Assembly (NCBI GenBank): GCA_001793095.1
Contig: MGHG01000009.1
Location: forward strand, 90,391 to 154,390
DNA length: 64,000 nucleotides
Source of the DNA: Candidatus Woesebacteria bacterium RIFCSPLOWO2_01_FULL_39_23
GTDB lineage: Bacteria; Patescibacteriota; Microgenomatia; UBA8517
Direction: 5' to 3'
The notes beneath the pieces were generated by a model. That model was not told the origin of the DNA and ran no database searches. It was given only the letters and a program-made list of their open reading frames with translations. This document shows positions 1 to 8,899 of this stretch, one piece after another. The stretch's first letter is position 1. Every line of letters starts with the position of its first letter. A program made the translations under genes and the position numbers.

Positions 1-672
1 TGGAAACCAATAGACGACAATAAATTCCTGGAACTCATTTCTATTAGCGACCAACACATAGAGTTGCCATTAAATTATGATCTTAAAAAAGCCAAAGCAG
101 AAAACATTCCAATATTATTTACTACAGGTGGTGATGCTACCAACAAAGGCAGTCAAGAAATACTTCAGGCTTTGGCCTTAACCGATAAAAAAATTAAATG
201 GATTTACTTGATCAAGACATGGCCATCTCCCGGAAGCTTTCGAAGGGGAATTGAAGAGCTGAATTTGGCTATAAAAGAACATTTTTGGGAACGTATACGA
301 TACATCAGTGGTGAATTTTCCAGAGAATTTATGAGAAATTTAATGAATATCTGCGATATCTATATTGCTTGTTCTAGAACAGAAGGTTTTGGTTTGCCGT
401 TAGTTGAAGCCCAAATGTGCGGCAAACCAGTAATAACTATGAAGGCAACTTCTACCCAAGAAGTGGTTATAGATGGTGTTGGGGGATTAGTTTGCCCATC
501 AATTGAAACCGTTCAAGGACCTAGAGCAGATATTCATGGATTATCTGTTGTGTTAGAAAAGCTTTTACTTGACAGAGAACTAATAGTAAAATTGGGAACC
601 GGTGGTCAGCAATTTGCCAGAAACAATTTCTCACCGCAGGTAATAGCCAAAAAGTTTTTAAGTTCAATATGA
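1..672 (+). CDS. Glycosyltransferase family 1, C-terminal part; 5' end truncated by the window edge
   Basis: The reading frame is open from base 1. The EGFGLPLVEAQMCGKPVI motif is typical of the GT1/GT4 C-terminal domain. The stop overlaps the next start (ATGA). Confidence 0.6.
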   Translation, partial: WKPIDDNKFLELISISDQHIELPLNYDLKKAKAENIPILFTTGGDATNKGSQEILQALALTDKKIKWIYLIKTWPSPGSFRRGIEELNLAIKEHFWERIRYISGEFSREFMRNLMNICDIYIACSRTEGFGLPLVEAQMCGKPVITMKATSTQEVVIDGVGGLVCPSIETVQGPRADIHGLSVVLEKLLLDRELIVKLGTGGQQFARNNFSPQVIAKKFLSSI

Positions 673-1865
673 AGGATCTTGAACTGATTCTAGGAGTTAA
701 AAGAAGACCTATTCGGGTAATATATGTTTCTTCATATATTCCACGAAAGTGCGGAATTGCTACCTATACCAAGGATTTAACTAATGCCATCAATCTTTTG
801 AATCCATACGCTCTGGCAGAAATAATGGCCGTTAATCGACCGAGAGAAGATTTGAATTATCCGTGGGAAACAAAATTCAAAATTAATCAGGAAGAGTTAA
901 CTTCTTACCTTCAAGCGGCAGATTATATTAATCATTCGGGAGCGGATATAGTCTCTCTACAGCATGAATTCGGATTATTCGGTAGCCATTTAGGAGAAAA
1001 TATAATACCTTTTGTGGAATCTCTTAAACGCCCATTAGTCACGACGCTGCATACCGTGTTTGTTGAACCCAACAGTAGTGGTGGAGTTATCATTAAGAGA
1101 TTGATAGAAAAATCAAAAGTATCAATCGTTATGATGGAAAAAATTAAAAACGAACTTATTCAAAAATATCATGCATCGGCCGATAAAATTGTTACCATAC
1201 CTCACGGTACGCCGGACTTACCTTACGCTCCTACCGACGGATACAAGAAAAAGAAAAGACTATCAGACAGATTGGTTTTAGGAAATATCAATCTTTTAAC
1301 ACAAAATAAAGGAGTTGAATATATATTGGAGGCGGTTTCTCTAATTGCCAAAAGATATCCAACTGTATTATATTTTGTGATCGGCCAGACTCACCCAGTA
1401 GATTTGCAGTATAACGGGGAGACATACCGCAAGTCTTTAATAACAAGAGTTAAAAAGTTAAAGATTGAAAAGAATGTCAGGTTTATTAATAAATACATAT
1501 CTCTAGACGAACTAATTGACTGGCTTGGAGTAATGGACTTTTACATCACTTCCTATCTTGATCCTCAACAGGCATCTTCAGGGGCCTTAGCCTACGCAGT
1601 TGGTGCCGGTAAATGTTGTATTTCAAGTCCATATATTTATGCTCAAGAGGTTCTTTCGCATGGGAGGGGAATTATTGTTCCGTTCCGAGATGCAAAATCC
1701 ATTGCTTCAGCAGTAATTGATTTATGGGAAAATAAAGACAAAAAGATGAAAATAGAAAAAGACGCATACGAATACGGTAGATTGATGACGTGGTCAAGCG
1801 TTGCGCTTCAATATCTGGATCTATTTAGAACTATATTACACAACGGCAGTTACGTAAATCATTAA
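669..1865 (+). CDS. Glycosyltransferase group 1 (GT4-like)
   Basis: 398 aa. The N-terminal domain is GT-B like and the C-terminal region (VIGQTHP...GAGKCCISSPYIYAQE) resembles the GT1/GT4 nucleotide-sugar binding domain. It is translationally coupled to the upstream GT. Confidence 0.55.
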   Translation: MKDLELILGVKRRPIRVIYVSSYIPRKCGIATYTKDLTNAINLLNPYALAEIMAVNRPREDLNYPWETKFKINQEELTSYLQAADYINHSGADIVSLQHEFGLFGSHLGENIIPFVESLKRPLVTTLHTVFVEPNSSGGVIIKRLIEKSKVSIVMMEKIKNELIQKYHASADKIVTIPHGTPDLPYAPTDGYKKKKRLSDRLVLGNINLLTQNKGVEYILEAVSLIAKRYPTVLYFVIGQTHPVDLQYNGETYRKSLITRVKKLKIEKNVRFINKYISLDELIDWLGVMDFYITSYLDPQQASSGALAYAVGAGKCCISSPYIYAQEVLSHGRGIIVPFRDAKSIASAVIDLWENKDKKMKIEKDAYEYGRLMTWSSVALQYLDLFRTILHNGSYVNH

Positions 1866-1874
1866 AAAGGTATC

Positions 1875-2948
1875 GTGGTAAAACTTGAAGATTATTCACT
1901 TACCCACATTATACGTATGACAGATGATGTTGGTATCTTTGAACATTGCATTTTTGCAACCCCCGATAGATTAGAAGGTTACTGTACTGACGACAACGCA
2001 CGAGCTTTACAACTTGCACTTCGTGTGAAAAAAGAATCATTAGTAAACACGTATCTCAGATTTATAGTCTCAGCACGGACCCCTAAAGGTTTCCATCAGG
2101 ATTTAAAATCAGACTTTACATGGAGAGATGATGATGGGGTAAACGAAGGTTTTGGGCGAGCAATGGCAGCTTTAGGAGAAGCATCGATTAGTGCTCCGAC
2201 GGATGATCAAAAATTAACCGCGGTTTTTATTTTCGACAAACAAGCAATTTTAATAAAAGATGCAAGAGAACCTAGAACTATCGCTCAAGTAATAACCGGA
2301 ATTTTTCACAGAATGAAATTTGAAGCTGCAAACTCTAATTTAGTACCACTACTTGTCATGCGTAAAAAACTAGAGGGAAATACGTTAGTTGGGTTGTCAG
2401 GAAATTTAGAAATAGAATTGATCCGTCTTGCAGACAGATTAACAAAATTTTACCTTACTAATTCATCTTCTTCTTGGAAATGGTACGAAGATCTAATTAC
2501 TTATGATAATGGCAGACTCCCTTTAGCCTTGTTCTATGCTTACCAAACCACCGGAAATAAAAAATATCTCGAAGTTGCCAAAGAATCCTTAGATTTCCTG
2601 ATAGATAAAACTTACGATAACTCGAAGGACTACTTTTCCTTTCCAGGCTATAGAGGATGGTTTCCTAAAGACGGTGAAAAGGCCCTTTTTGGCCAACAGC
2701 CAATAGAAGCAGGAAGTATTGTTGAAGTTTGTTCTGAGGTTTTTAAGATCACAAAAGAACGTAAATATTTAGATTTTGCAAAAATCGCGTTATCCTGGTA
2801 CTCGGGCAAGAATATTTTAGGGATCTCGCTGATTGACAAAATAACTTGTGGAATATATGACGGTTTGGAACCCTGGGGTTTTAATCCTAACCAGGGTGCT
2901 GAGTCTACAATTTCCTACCTCTTGGCCCGCTCTTCTTTCGAGAGTTAA
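1875..2948 (+). CDS. Hypothetical protein, possibly glycosidase-like (alpha/alpha-toroid); function uncertain
   Basis: 357 aa ORF with a GTG start, co-directional and tightly linked to the two GT genes. No firm motif was recognised. Confidence 0.3.
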   Translation: MVKLEDYSLTHIIRMTDDVGIFEHCIFATPDRLEGYCTDDNARALQLALRVKKESLVNTYLRFIVSARTPKGFHQDLKSDFTWRDDDGVNEGFGRAMAALGEASISAPTDDQKLTAVFIFDKQAILIKDAREPRTIAQVITGIFHRMKFEAANSNLVPLLVMRKKLEGNTLVGLSGNLEIELIRLADRLTKFYLTNSSSSWKWYEDLITYDNGRLPLALFYAYQTTGNKKYLEVAKESLDFLIDKTYDNSKDYFSFPGYRGWFPKDGEKALFGQQPIEAGSIVEVCSEVFKITKERKYLDFAKIALSWYSGKNILGISLIDKITCGIYDGLEPWGFNPNQGAESTISYLLARSSFES

Positions 2949-3043
2949 AACTAGTATTTATTTTAAGCATTCGAGAATACCAGAGGCGTTAGCCTCAGTA
3001 TGAATCGAACGCGCAAAAACAAACTTGTTGAGCCTGAAAGGCG

Positions 3044-3075
3044 AAACTACTCATGTTTTTAGGCATGAGTAGTTT
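3044..3075 (+). terminator. Perfect 12-bp stem hairpin (AAACTACTCATG/CATGAGTAGTTT) downstream of the GT cluster; possible terminator
   Basis: Inverted repeat seen directly in the sequence. It is followed by TATATG rather than a clean U-run. Confidence 0.25.
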
Positions 3076-3498
3076 ATATGTTGACAAAAATCGCCTCTTG
3101 ATTCGGGTTTACTTCGGGATAATAATAGAGTGGAAGAGCGAGAGAGCAGGAGAGTTTAAGTTTTTAAATACCGATACTCTTACACTCTTTTACTCTTCTA
3201 CTCTAATGTCATGATTGAGAAAATCTCGACGCCAGTGTCCGTATCGATGACTTTTGACAGCACTAGTCGACGTGTCCAGCCTAAAATTGTGATTTGGCAT
3301 GGCCGCCTCTACCCTATCGTTAAGACTGGACTTCACCACACTTACAGGCAGGGGCGAACTCTTTTCCATGTTTTCTCCGTTGCCAGCAAGACGTTATTTT
3401 TTAGATTGGTTCTAGATACCGAAACCCTGTATTGGAGGTTGGAAGAGATTTCCGATGGAATGACAAATTAGCGCTTAAACTTATTATAATAAAAAAGT

Positions 3499-4134
3499 AT
3501 GGAATCTGATGAAAACATGTCGGCATACCCGTTTCGAGTTCAGCCGGGAGAAGAAATAGCGAGAGGATGGTCTGAATCGCGGGTGTACAGACACGAACCC
3601 GGTTGGGTTTTGAAAATTACTTATAGGAAATCCAGAAATAGTAAAGAGCAACTTGCAGAGAATAAAGCTGACTATGAATTTTTTAAAAGCAGACTTGGCG
3701 AATATGTACCTGAAACGCAATTTTTAATCGGACAGGATGAAAAAGGAAGAAGGGTTAATATTGTCAGACAAAAAGAAATTGCCGGCAGAACTTTATTATC
3801 TTTTACAGATGAGGAAATTAAGGAAAATATCCAACTGCAACGAAATTTAGTTGTGTTGTTTGAGAGAATAATTAAAATGTGGGAAGAGGATGGAAGAATT
3901 CCCGACCTCGTTGGACCCAGAAAGGGTGGTAGGTCATTTTTGACAAAATTTACTCCAGGTACCCATCCGGAACATACACCCAATATTATAGTTGAAGAAG
4001 GAACTAGTAAGCCTTATTTGGTTGACACCTCTGCTTCAGTAAGGTTTCAATCCAAGGATTCCCCTTTCCCCTACTTAAAGCTTAGCGAAATGATTGTAGC
4101 GAATATGCGAAGGTTTGTTAGTAAATATACTTAG
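3499..4134 (+). CDS. Hypothetical protein with weak protein-kinase-like features
   Basis: 211 aa. It has a glycine-loop-like GWSESRVY...VLKI segment, a catalytic-loop-like HTPNIIVEEG and a DFG-like LVDTS. The assignment is tentative. Confidence 0.3.
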   Translation: MESDENMSAYPFRVQPGEEIARGWSESRVYRHEPGWVLKITYRKSRNSKEQLAENKADYEFFKSRLGEYVPETQFLIGQDEKGRRVNIVRQKEIAGRTLLSFTDEEIKENIQLQRNLVVLFERIIKMWEEDGRIPDLVGPRKGGRSFLTKFTPGTHPEHTPNIIVEEGTSKPYLVDTSASVRFQSKDSPFPYLKLSEMIVANMRRFVSKYT

Positions 4135-4178
4135 CAATTATTATATACGGAGGTTGAGAAAAGTTTAGCAGAATAAAT

Positions 4179-4817
4179 ATGGCATACATTTTTTTGGACG
4201 AATCTGGTGATTTGGGTTTTGATCCTAAAAAGAAAAATTCAAAATTCTTTTTAATAACAATGGTCTTTGCTGCCGATAAAAAACCTCTGGAGAAAATTGT
4301 TAAAAAGGTACACAAAATGCTGAGAAAAAAAGTAAAAAGACTGAGTGGCGGTGTGTTGCATTGTGCTAAAGAGAAGCCAATAACAAGAAAACGTTTGTTA
4401 AATTTTTTAAAAGGACACGATTTCCCCGTGATGCTTATTTGTTTAAATAAGTCAAGGGTTCACACGAAGCTGCAGAATGAGAAACACGTGCTTTATAACT
4501 ATGTGGCTAATATATTAATTGACAGGATACTTACAAAGAGGTTAATTGACCCAGAGGGGAAGATAATTTTAATTGCGTCGAAAAGAGAGACTAACAAATT
4601 TTTAAATTTGAATTTTAAGAATTATCTTCAAAATCAAGTAAAAAATAGACACAGGCTTAATTTGGATATTGAAATCAAAACACCCGCTCAGGAAAAAACC
4701 CTTCAAGCTGTTGATTTTGTAAGTTGGTCAATTTTTCGTAAATATGAACATGGAGACCCAAGTTATTACCACCTTATTAAAGATCTTGTTGTTGAGGAAA
4801 ATAACTTGTTTAAGTAA
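4179..4817 (+). CDS. DUF3800 family protein
   Basis: The N-terminus MAYIFLDESGDLGF matches the DUF3800 hallmark (YIDESG). 212 aa. Confidence 0.45.
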   Translation: MAYIFLDESGDLGFDPKKKNSKFFLITMVFAADKKPLEKIVKKVHKMLRKKVKRLSGGVLHCAKEKPITRKRLLNFLKGHDFPVMLICLNKSRVHTKLQNEKHVLYNYVANILIDRILTKRLIDPEGKIILIASKRETNKFLNLNFKNYLQNQVKNRHRLNLDIEIKTPAQEKTLQAVDFVSWSIFRKYEHGDPSYYHLIKDLVVEENNLFK

Positions 4818-4946
4818 AACAAAACCCCGTGTGCTATTTACGAGCAACCATCCGGATGCCCACACACGAGGATTTACTTGCTAACTACATAGTACTAGAC
4901 GACTACTTTAATGTCAAGCATTACCGAATAATATACGAATACTGGT

Positions 4947-6305
4947 ATGGAAAATATTCTTAATTTTAATCCCAGGCCATCTACAATCCTACATATTGAT
5001 CTTAATTCCTGCTTTGCGACTATCGAACAGCAGGCAAACCCACATCTCCGGGGGAAACCCGTTGCTGTTGCGGCTTACACGAGCTCTAATGGCTGTATCC
5101 TTGCTCCCTCTATTGAGGCTAAGAAATATGGTGTAAAAACCGGAATGAGAGTAAAGGACGGGATGCTTTTGTGTCCTAATTTAATAATTTTACCTTCCGA
5201 TCCCTGGAAATACCGCAACGTCCATCTTAGCCTAAGGCAATTGCTTTCAAACTACACACCTGACGTTATGCCTAAGAGCATAGATGAGTTTGTATTAGAC
5301 TTTCAGAGAGTTGGAGGGATCAGAGGATCGGAAAACTCGGAGTATTCAGATGGTCAGATAGCCAGAGAGTCAGAATTCCGGAAATCTGGTGATCCGATGC
5401 TCGGGTCCCCTGAGTTTTCTGAGGGCTCCGGTTCTCCGTTATGTCGAGTTGCTCAAGAGATCAAGCAGCGTATCAAGCAAGAGGTTGGAGAGTGGCTGAC
5501 TGTTTCGATTGGAATTGCCCCGAATAGGTTTTTGGCAAAACTTGCGTCGGGTTTGCATAAACCGGACGGCCTCGATGAAATTAATAAAGGTAATTTCTTG
5601 GGAGTTTATTCTCAACTTGAACTTACTGATTTGCCTTATATTAAAATGCGTAACGCCATTAGGCTTAATCGTATGGAAATTTTTAGTGTTGTCGATTTTT
5701 ATCATGCACCGCTTTGGAAATTGAAAGCAGCTTTTGAGTCAGTTAATGGTTATTATTGGTATTTGAGGTTAAGGGGGCAGGAAATAGATGATGTCGCTTT
5801 CGGAAGACGAAGCTACGGCAATTCGTATGCGCTCCCCCGCCCTCTAGCCACACCGGAAGACTTGTCGCCTATTTTGACTAAGTTGGTAACTAAGACAGGT
5901 GCCCGTCTTAGGCATGCGGGGTATGCTGCCCGCGGAGTGCACGTTGCCGTAGGCTATAGGGACGGTAGTTTTTGGCATAAGGGTGTGACTTTCAGTAAAA
6001 ACTTATTTGAGTCACGAGAGATTTATAAGTGTTCACTTAGAATTCTTTGTCAGTCTCCGTATCGTAGGCCGGTCAGAGATTTGGCTATTTCGGTCTTCGA
6101 TTTGCGAAGAAAGGAGAGCCTTCAGCTTGAACTTTTTGAGGATGCTGTTGCTAAGGAGAATTTAGCTAAAGCGGTTGATCGGGTGAACGAGCGTTGGGGT
6201 GATTTTGTGGTTACACCGGCGCGCATGGTTAGTGCTTCGAGCGAAGTTCCAGACAGAATCGCGTTCGGCGGGATTAAGGAGCTAGAAGAATTTGCACTAA
6301 GCTAA
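4947..6305 (+). CDS. dinB: DNA polymerase IV (Y-family translesion polymerase) with a ~45 aa lineage-specific insertion
   Basis: Matches ILHIDLNSCFATIEQ..GKPVAV, SIDEFVLDF and SIGIAPNRFLAKLAS. 452 aa against the usual ~360; the extra segment is GIRGSENSEYSDGQIARESEFRKSGDPMLGSPEFSEGSGSP. Confidence 0.8.
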   Translation: MENILNFNPRPSTILHIDLNSCFATIEQQANPHLRGKPVAVAAYTSSNGCILAPSIEAKKYGVKTGMRVKDGMLLCPNLIILPSDPWKYRNVHLSLRQLLSNYTPDVMPKSIDEFVLDFQRVGGIRGSENSEYSDGQIARESEFRKSGDPMLGSPEFSEGSGSPLCRVAQEIKQRIKQEVGEWLTVSIGIAPNRFLAKLASGLHKPDGLDEINKGNFLGVYSQLELTDLPYIKMRNAIRLNRMEIFSVVDFYHAPLWKLKAAFESVNGYYWYLRLRGQEIDDVAFGRRSYGNSYALPRPLATPEDLSPILTKLVTKTGARLRHAGYAARGVHVAVGYRDGSFWHKGVTFSKNLFESREIYKCSLRILCQSPYRRPVRDLAISVFDLRRKESLQLELFEDAVAKENLAKAVDRVNERWGDFVVTPARMVSASSEVPDRIAFGGIKELEEFALS

Positions 6306-6328
6306 CAAAAACCCTTTGGTGATTACCG

Positions 6329-6925
6329 TTAAAGCTGTGACAAATCAACGCTGTCTCCTAGCTTTACTCCGTATTTATCGGAAAAGCCTGTATTGACTTC
6401 AAGAACATATCTAATAGGTTGCGTAGAAGAATATGTGGGTAGTTTTGAATTTGGAGTATCCAAAGATGGTTTGGGTACATTTTTATCAATATCAGCTATG
6501 ATTCCTTTGTTATCGATCCAAATCATGTCGAGCGGAAAAAGCATTTCTTTCATCCAGAAATGAGGTATGGAGTCTGAAGCGAAAATGAAAATCATTCCTT
6601 CTTCGTCGCTGATCGGTGCATGTCCCGAAAGACCCAATGTTTGTAATGCTGGAGTATCTGCCACTTCAACGGTAAGAGTTTTATCCGCAATTTTGATCTC
6701 CTTTTTCTTAGCTTTTTCTACAACGGTTTTTGTGTCTTCGGATGATATATCTTTACCCGCCTGCAACGCTTGAGGCGTCCCGCTCGCATCGCTACGCGAA
6801 ACGTTTCGGGTGAGAGCATCTGCGGGCAGGTATGTAACATTGGGGTTGCGAAATGCGAATTTATAGAAAACAGCAATCACGATAACGAGAGCTGCAATTG
6901 CTATCGAGATTTTATGTTTAGTCAT
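6329..6925 (-). CDS. DUF192 (COG1430) family protein with N-terminal TM; carries a 33-aa in-frame inserted element
   Basis: The C-terminal HFWMKEMLFPLDMIWID..G..RYVLEV pattern is typical of DUF192. It has an N-terminal hydrophobic helix. Confidence 0.5.
   Translation of the reverse strand: MTKHKISIAIAALVIVIAVFYKFAFRNPNVTYLPADALTRNVSRSDASGTPQALQAGKDISSEDTKTVVEKAKKKEIKIADKTLTVEVADTPALQTLGLSGHAPISDEEGMIFIFASDSIPHFWMKEMLFPLDMIWIDNKGIIADIDKNVPKPSLDTPNSKLPTYSSTQPIRYVLEVNTGFSDKYGVKLGDSVDLSQL
6742..6841. mobile_element. In-frame palindromic inserted element, copy 1 (~100 bp, 33 codons) inside the DUF192 gene
   Basis: About 94% identical to 28041-28140, which lies inside an unrelated gene. It contains nested inverted repeats (CGCCTGCAACGCTTGAGGCG and the perfect palindrome CGAAACGTTTCG). 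Confidence 0.6.
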
Positions 6926-6930
6926 TCAGA

Positions 6931-7194
6931 CTAGTATGAAGCATTAAGTTCTTTTTCAATAGCACTGATTTCTCTGTCAATTTCACTCAAATCGGTGTCA
7001 TTAATATCTTTTTCTATCGCTTCTACATCATCGGACTGTGATTGCGTTTGGATTTGACGGATTTCAGTAGAGGCTTTTTCAGGAGTAACAGGAGCTCTCT
7101 TTTGAGAAAAGAAAGAAAAAATAACTATACCCATTAATATTAATACGATAGATAAAGTTAAGAGAAAATTATTATTTTTATTTTTTAATATCAT
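6931..7194 (-). CDS. Small membrane protein (N-terminal TM, acidic C-terminus)
   Basis: 87 aa ORF tightly packed between neighbouring minus-strand genes. Confidence 0.35.
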   Translation of the reverse strand: MILKNKNNNFLLTLSIVLILMGIVIFSFFSQKRAPVTPEKASTEIRQIQTQSQSDDVEAIEKDINDTDLSEIDREISAIEKELNASY

Positions 7195-7196
7195 AA

Positions 7197-7877
7197 TTAA
7201 GGTGTTGGGACTGGCGTTTCACTTGGTTCGGGTGTCGGTGTATTAGTTGGTACCGGGGTCTCAGTGGGAGTAGGCGTTTCACTTGGTTCAACTATTGAGG
7301 TAGGAGCCGGCGTTGTATTGCCTACTCTTAACCCTTTTATTTGGCCGATAACTTGTACTAGAATTTTATGAACTTTTGTCAGATTATCCTTTATTTTTTT
7401 GATATTGTCTTTGACCTCTTTGAAGGCTGTTTTTGGATTTTCGGAAGCAAGAACTTCTTCTAATTTAGTTTTAGTATCTTGTAAAAGAAGTTGTGTGTCA
7501 GCTAATAACTTTTTAGCGTCAGCTATTTGGGTTTTTACAGATGGATCTACCGGAGTTCCAGAAGCTTCAATTTTGGCAACACGGGATTCAATTCTTCCAG
7601 CTAACTTATCAAGCCTTAATATAAGTGCCCCAATTCGTGTCACCATTTGATTGAAAAATGCTCTTACGTGTTCTTCTTTTGCTTGGCTGACACGAGCAGA
7701 GTTAGTAGCGCGTTTTTCTGCATTTTTTTCCTTTATTTCAGAGAGTTTAAGTTGCCTTTCTTCAGTACGCTCCTCTTTTGTTGGTTTAGATGAATCACTT
7801 GAAGTAGTTGCAAATACAAAACTTGGAGTAATTCCCAGAAGAATTATAGTTGCCAGGGCAGTAATAAATTTTGGCAT
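7197..7877 (-). CDS. Secreted coiled-coil protein with a C-terminal Pro/Thr-rich repeat linker
   Basis: It has a signal-peptide-like N-terminus and a long heptad-rich region. The 3' end encodes TPxPTETPVPT repeats from a tandem DNA repeat at about 7200-7300. Confidence 0.45.
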   Translation of the reverse strand: MPKFITALATIILLGITPSFVFATTSSDSSKPTKEERTEERQLKLSEIKEKNAEKRATNSARVSQAKEEHVRAFFNQMVTRIGALILRLDKLAGRIESRVAKIEASGTPVDPSVKTQIADAKKLLADTQLLLQDTKTKLEEVLASENPKTAFKEVKDNIKKIKDNLTKVHKILVQVIGQIKGLRVGNTTPAPTSIVEPSETPTPTETPVPTNTPTPEPSETPVPTP

Positions 7878-8105
7878 GAATATATTCTATGAAAAAAACT
7901 ATCGTTTTGTCAAGTTCGTTAAGTGCCTTAAAGATTATTGAAGAGTGTAGTGAAAATAAGGAGAGTGACGATAAAGACGATAAATGGGAAGAAGTATAAA
8001 AGTACGGCGATATTATTATAAGGATGCTTGGGGTAAATATGAATTTTATTATCCATTAAATAAAATTATAAATAATAATTCGGGGAATTGTAAGTTAGAG
8101 TTATG

Positions 8106-8188
8106 TGCCCTCGAGAGGATTTGAACCTCTACCCCTAAACGGGACAGGATCCTAAATCCTGCGCGTCTGCCAATTTCGCCACGAGGGC
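8106..8188 (-). tRNA. tRNA-Leu (anticodon TAG), type II
   Basis: Cloverleaf reconstructed by hand. It has a GCCCTCG/CGAGGGC acceptor stem, a long variable arm, a TTTAGGA anticodon loop and an A discriminator. Confidence 0.8.
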
Positions 8189-8225
8189 ATTACATATAAT
8201 TCGTAGTTTGGAAGTATTATAACAT

Positions 8226-8753
8226 TTATAAATCGAATTCGAGCGGTGTCGAATCAATTTTGCTCATGAAAAATTCGACTTTTCCACCCCAAGTTGAACT
8301 TGGAGGAGCATAGCGGCGTGCAATGCTTTTAATTGTTACTGCTCCCTTATCCTTATATTTAAGTCTTAAGGTTTTGGTAACATGTTCAATTGAATCCTCC
8401 CACGAACTAAAACGGTATTCTCCGTTCGCCCAACCATATGCATTAAATGAATTTTTGGGTATTCTTTTACCGAACGTAGATTCTACACCACTTATTGCCG
8501 GAATCAGCCTCCAGTCAATATTATAAACGTCAGCCCAATAAACAAAGTACTTTGCATAAGGAGTAAGGGGTGAATTATATTTTTTAAAGAATATTTTCAG
8601 TTTAAGTGTTCTATAATCCATCTCATAGTTACCAATATTGGTTATAGTATAGGAATCAGAATAATTAGGTACGCTAACAGCTGCCCTTGCGTTGGGTGTA
8701 AGTGTTGCATATAGAATAAACATCACAATTGAAAATACTTTTACATTTCTCAT
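8226..8753 (-). CDS. Membrane-anchored lysozyme-like / lytic-transglycosylase-like protein
   Basis: It has an N-terminal TM and the motif ISGVESTFG...YGW. The ORF-track start at 8798 is probably an N-terminal over-extension; the Met at 8753 is preferred. Confidence 0.4.
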   Translation of the reverse strand: MRNVKVFSIVMFILYATLTPNARAAVSVPNYSDSYTITNIGNYEMDYRTLKLKIFFKKYNSPLTPYAKYFVYWADVYNIDWRLIPAISGVESTFGKRIPKNSFNAYGWANGEYRFSSWEDSIEHVTKTLRLKYKDKGAVTIKSIARRYAPPSSTWGGKVEFFMSKIDSTPLEFDL

Positions 8754-8899
8754 ATAATCTTTCCAAAAAGAAGGGAGGTACCGTCTGGTACCTCCCATAA
8801 AAAATTCTGACGCTTTTCAAGACTATAAGTCTGAATTGCCTCAGAACATGATGCTAATATAGCATAATACTACAGGATTGTCAAGCTTGTGGGGGTTGA

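Noticed and set aside
3211-3471. 86-aa ORF in the 550-bp gap before the kinase-like gene
   Set aside because: It has no RBS or start context, its composition is unlike neighbouring genes, and the region is dominated by long imperfect hairpins. It is more likely non-coding, and I did not annotate it as a CDS.
2950-3500. Search for RNase P RNA, tmRNA, SRP RNA or 6S RNA in the long intergenic regions
   Set aside because: None of the hallmark motifs (GGAAAGTCCGG, tmRNA tRNA-like 3' end with CCA, SRP GGAAGCAGCC) were seen. The T-loop-like GTTCGATTC at about 3000 lacks a matching T-stem or acceptor.
7200-7300. Tandem DNA repeat at the 3' end of the coiled-coil protein gene as a separate repeat element
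   Set aside because: It encodes the Pro/Thr-rich linker of the protein (TPxPTETPVPT) in frame. It is an ordinary low-complexity coding repeat.
8754-8798. N-terminal extensions of several ORF-track calls (8798, 15869, 18597, 28998, 49388, 61360)
   Set aside because: The longest-ORF starts run into a repeat element, a terminator, a tRNA or an upstream promoter. Internal Met codons with better context were chosen instead.
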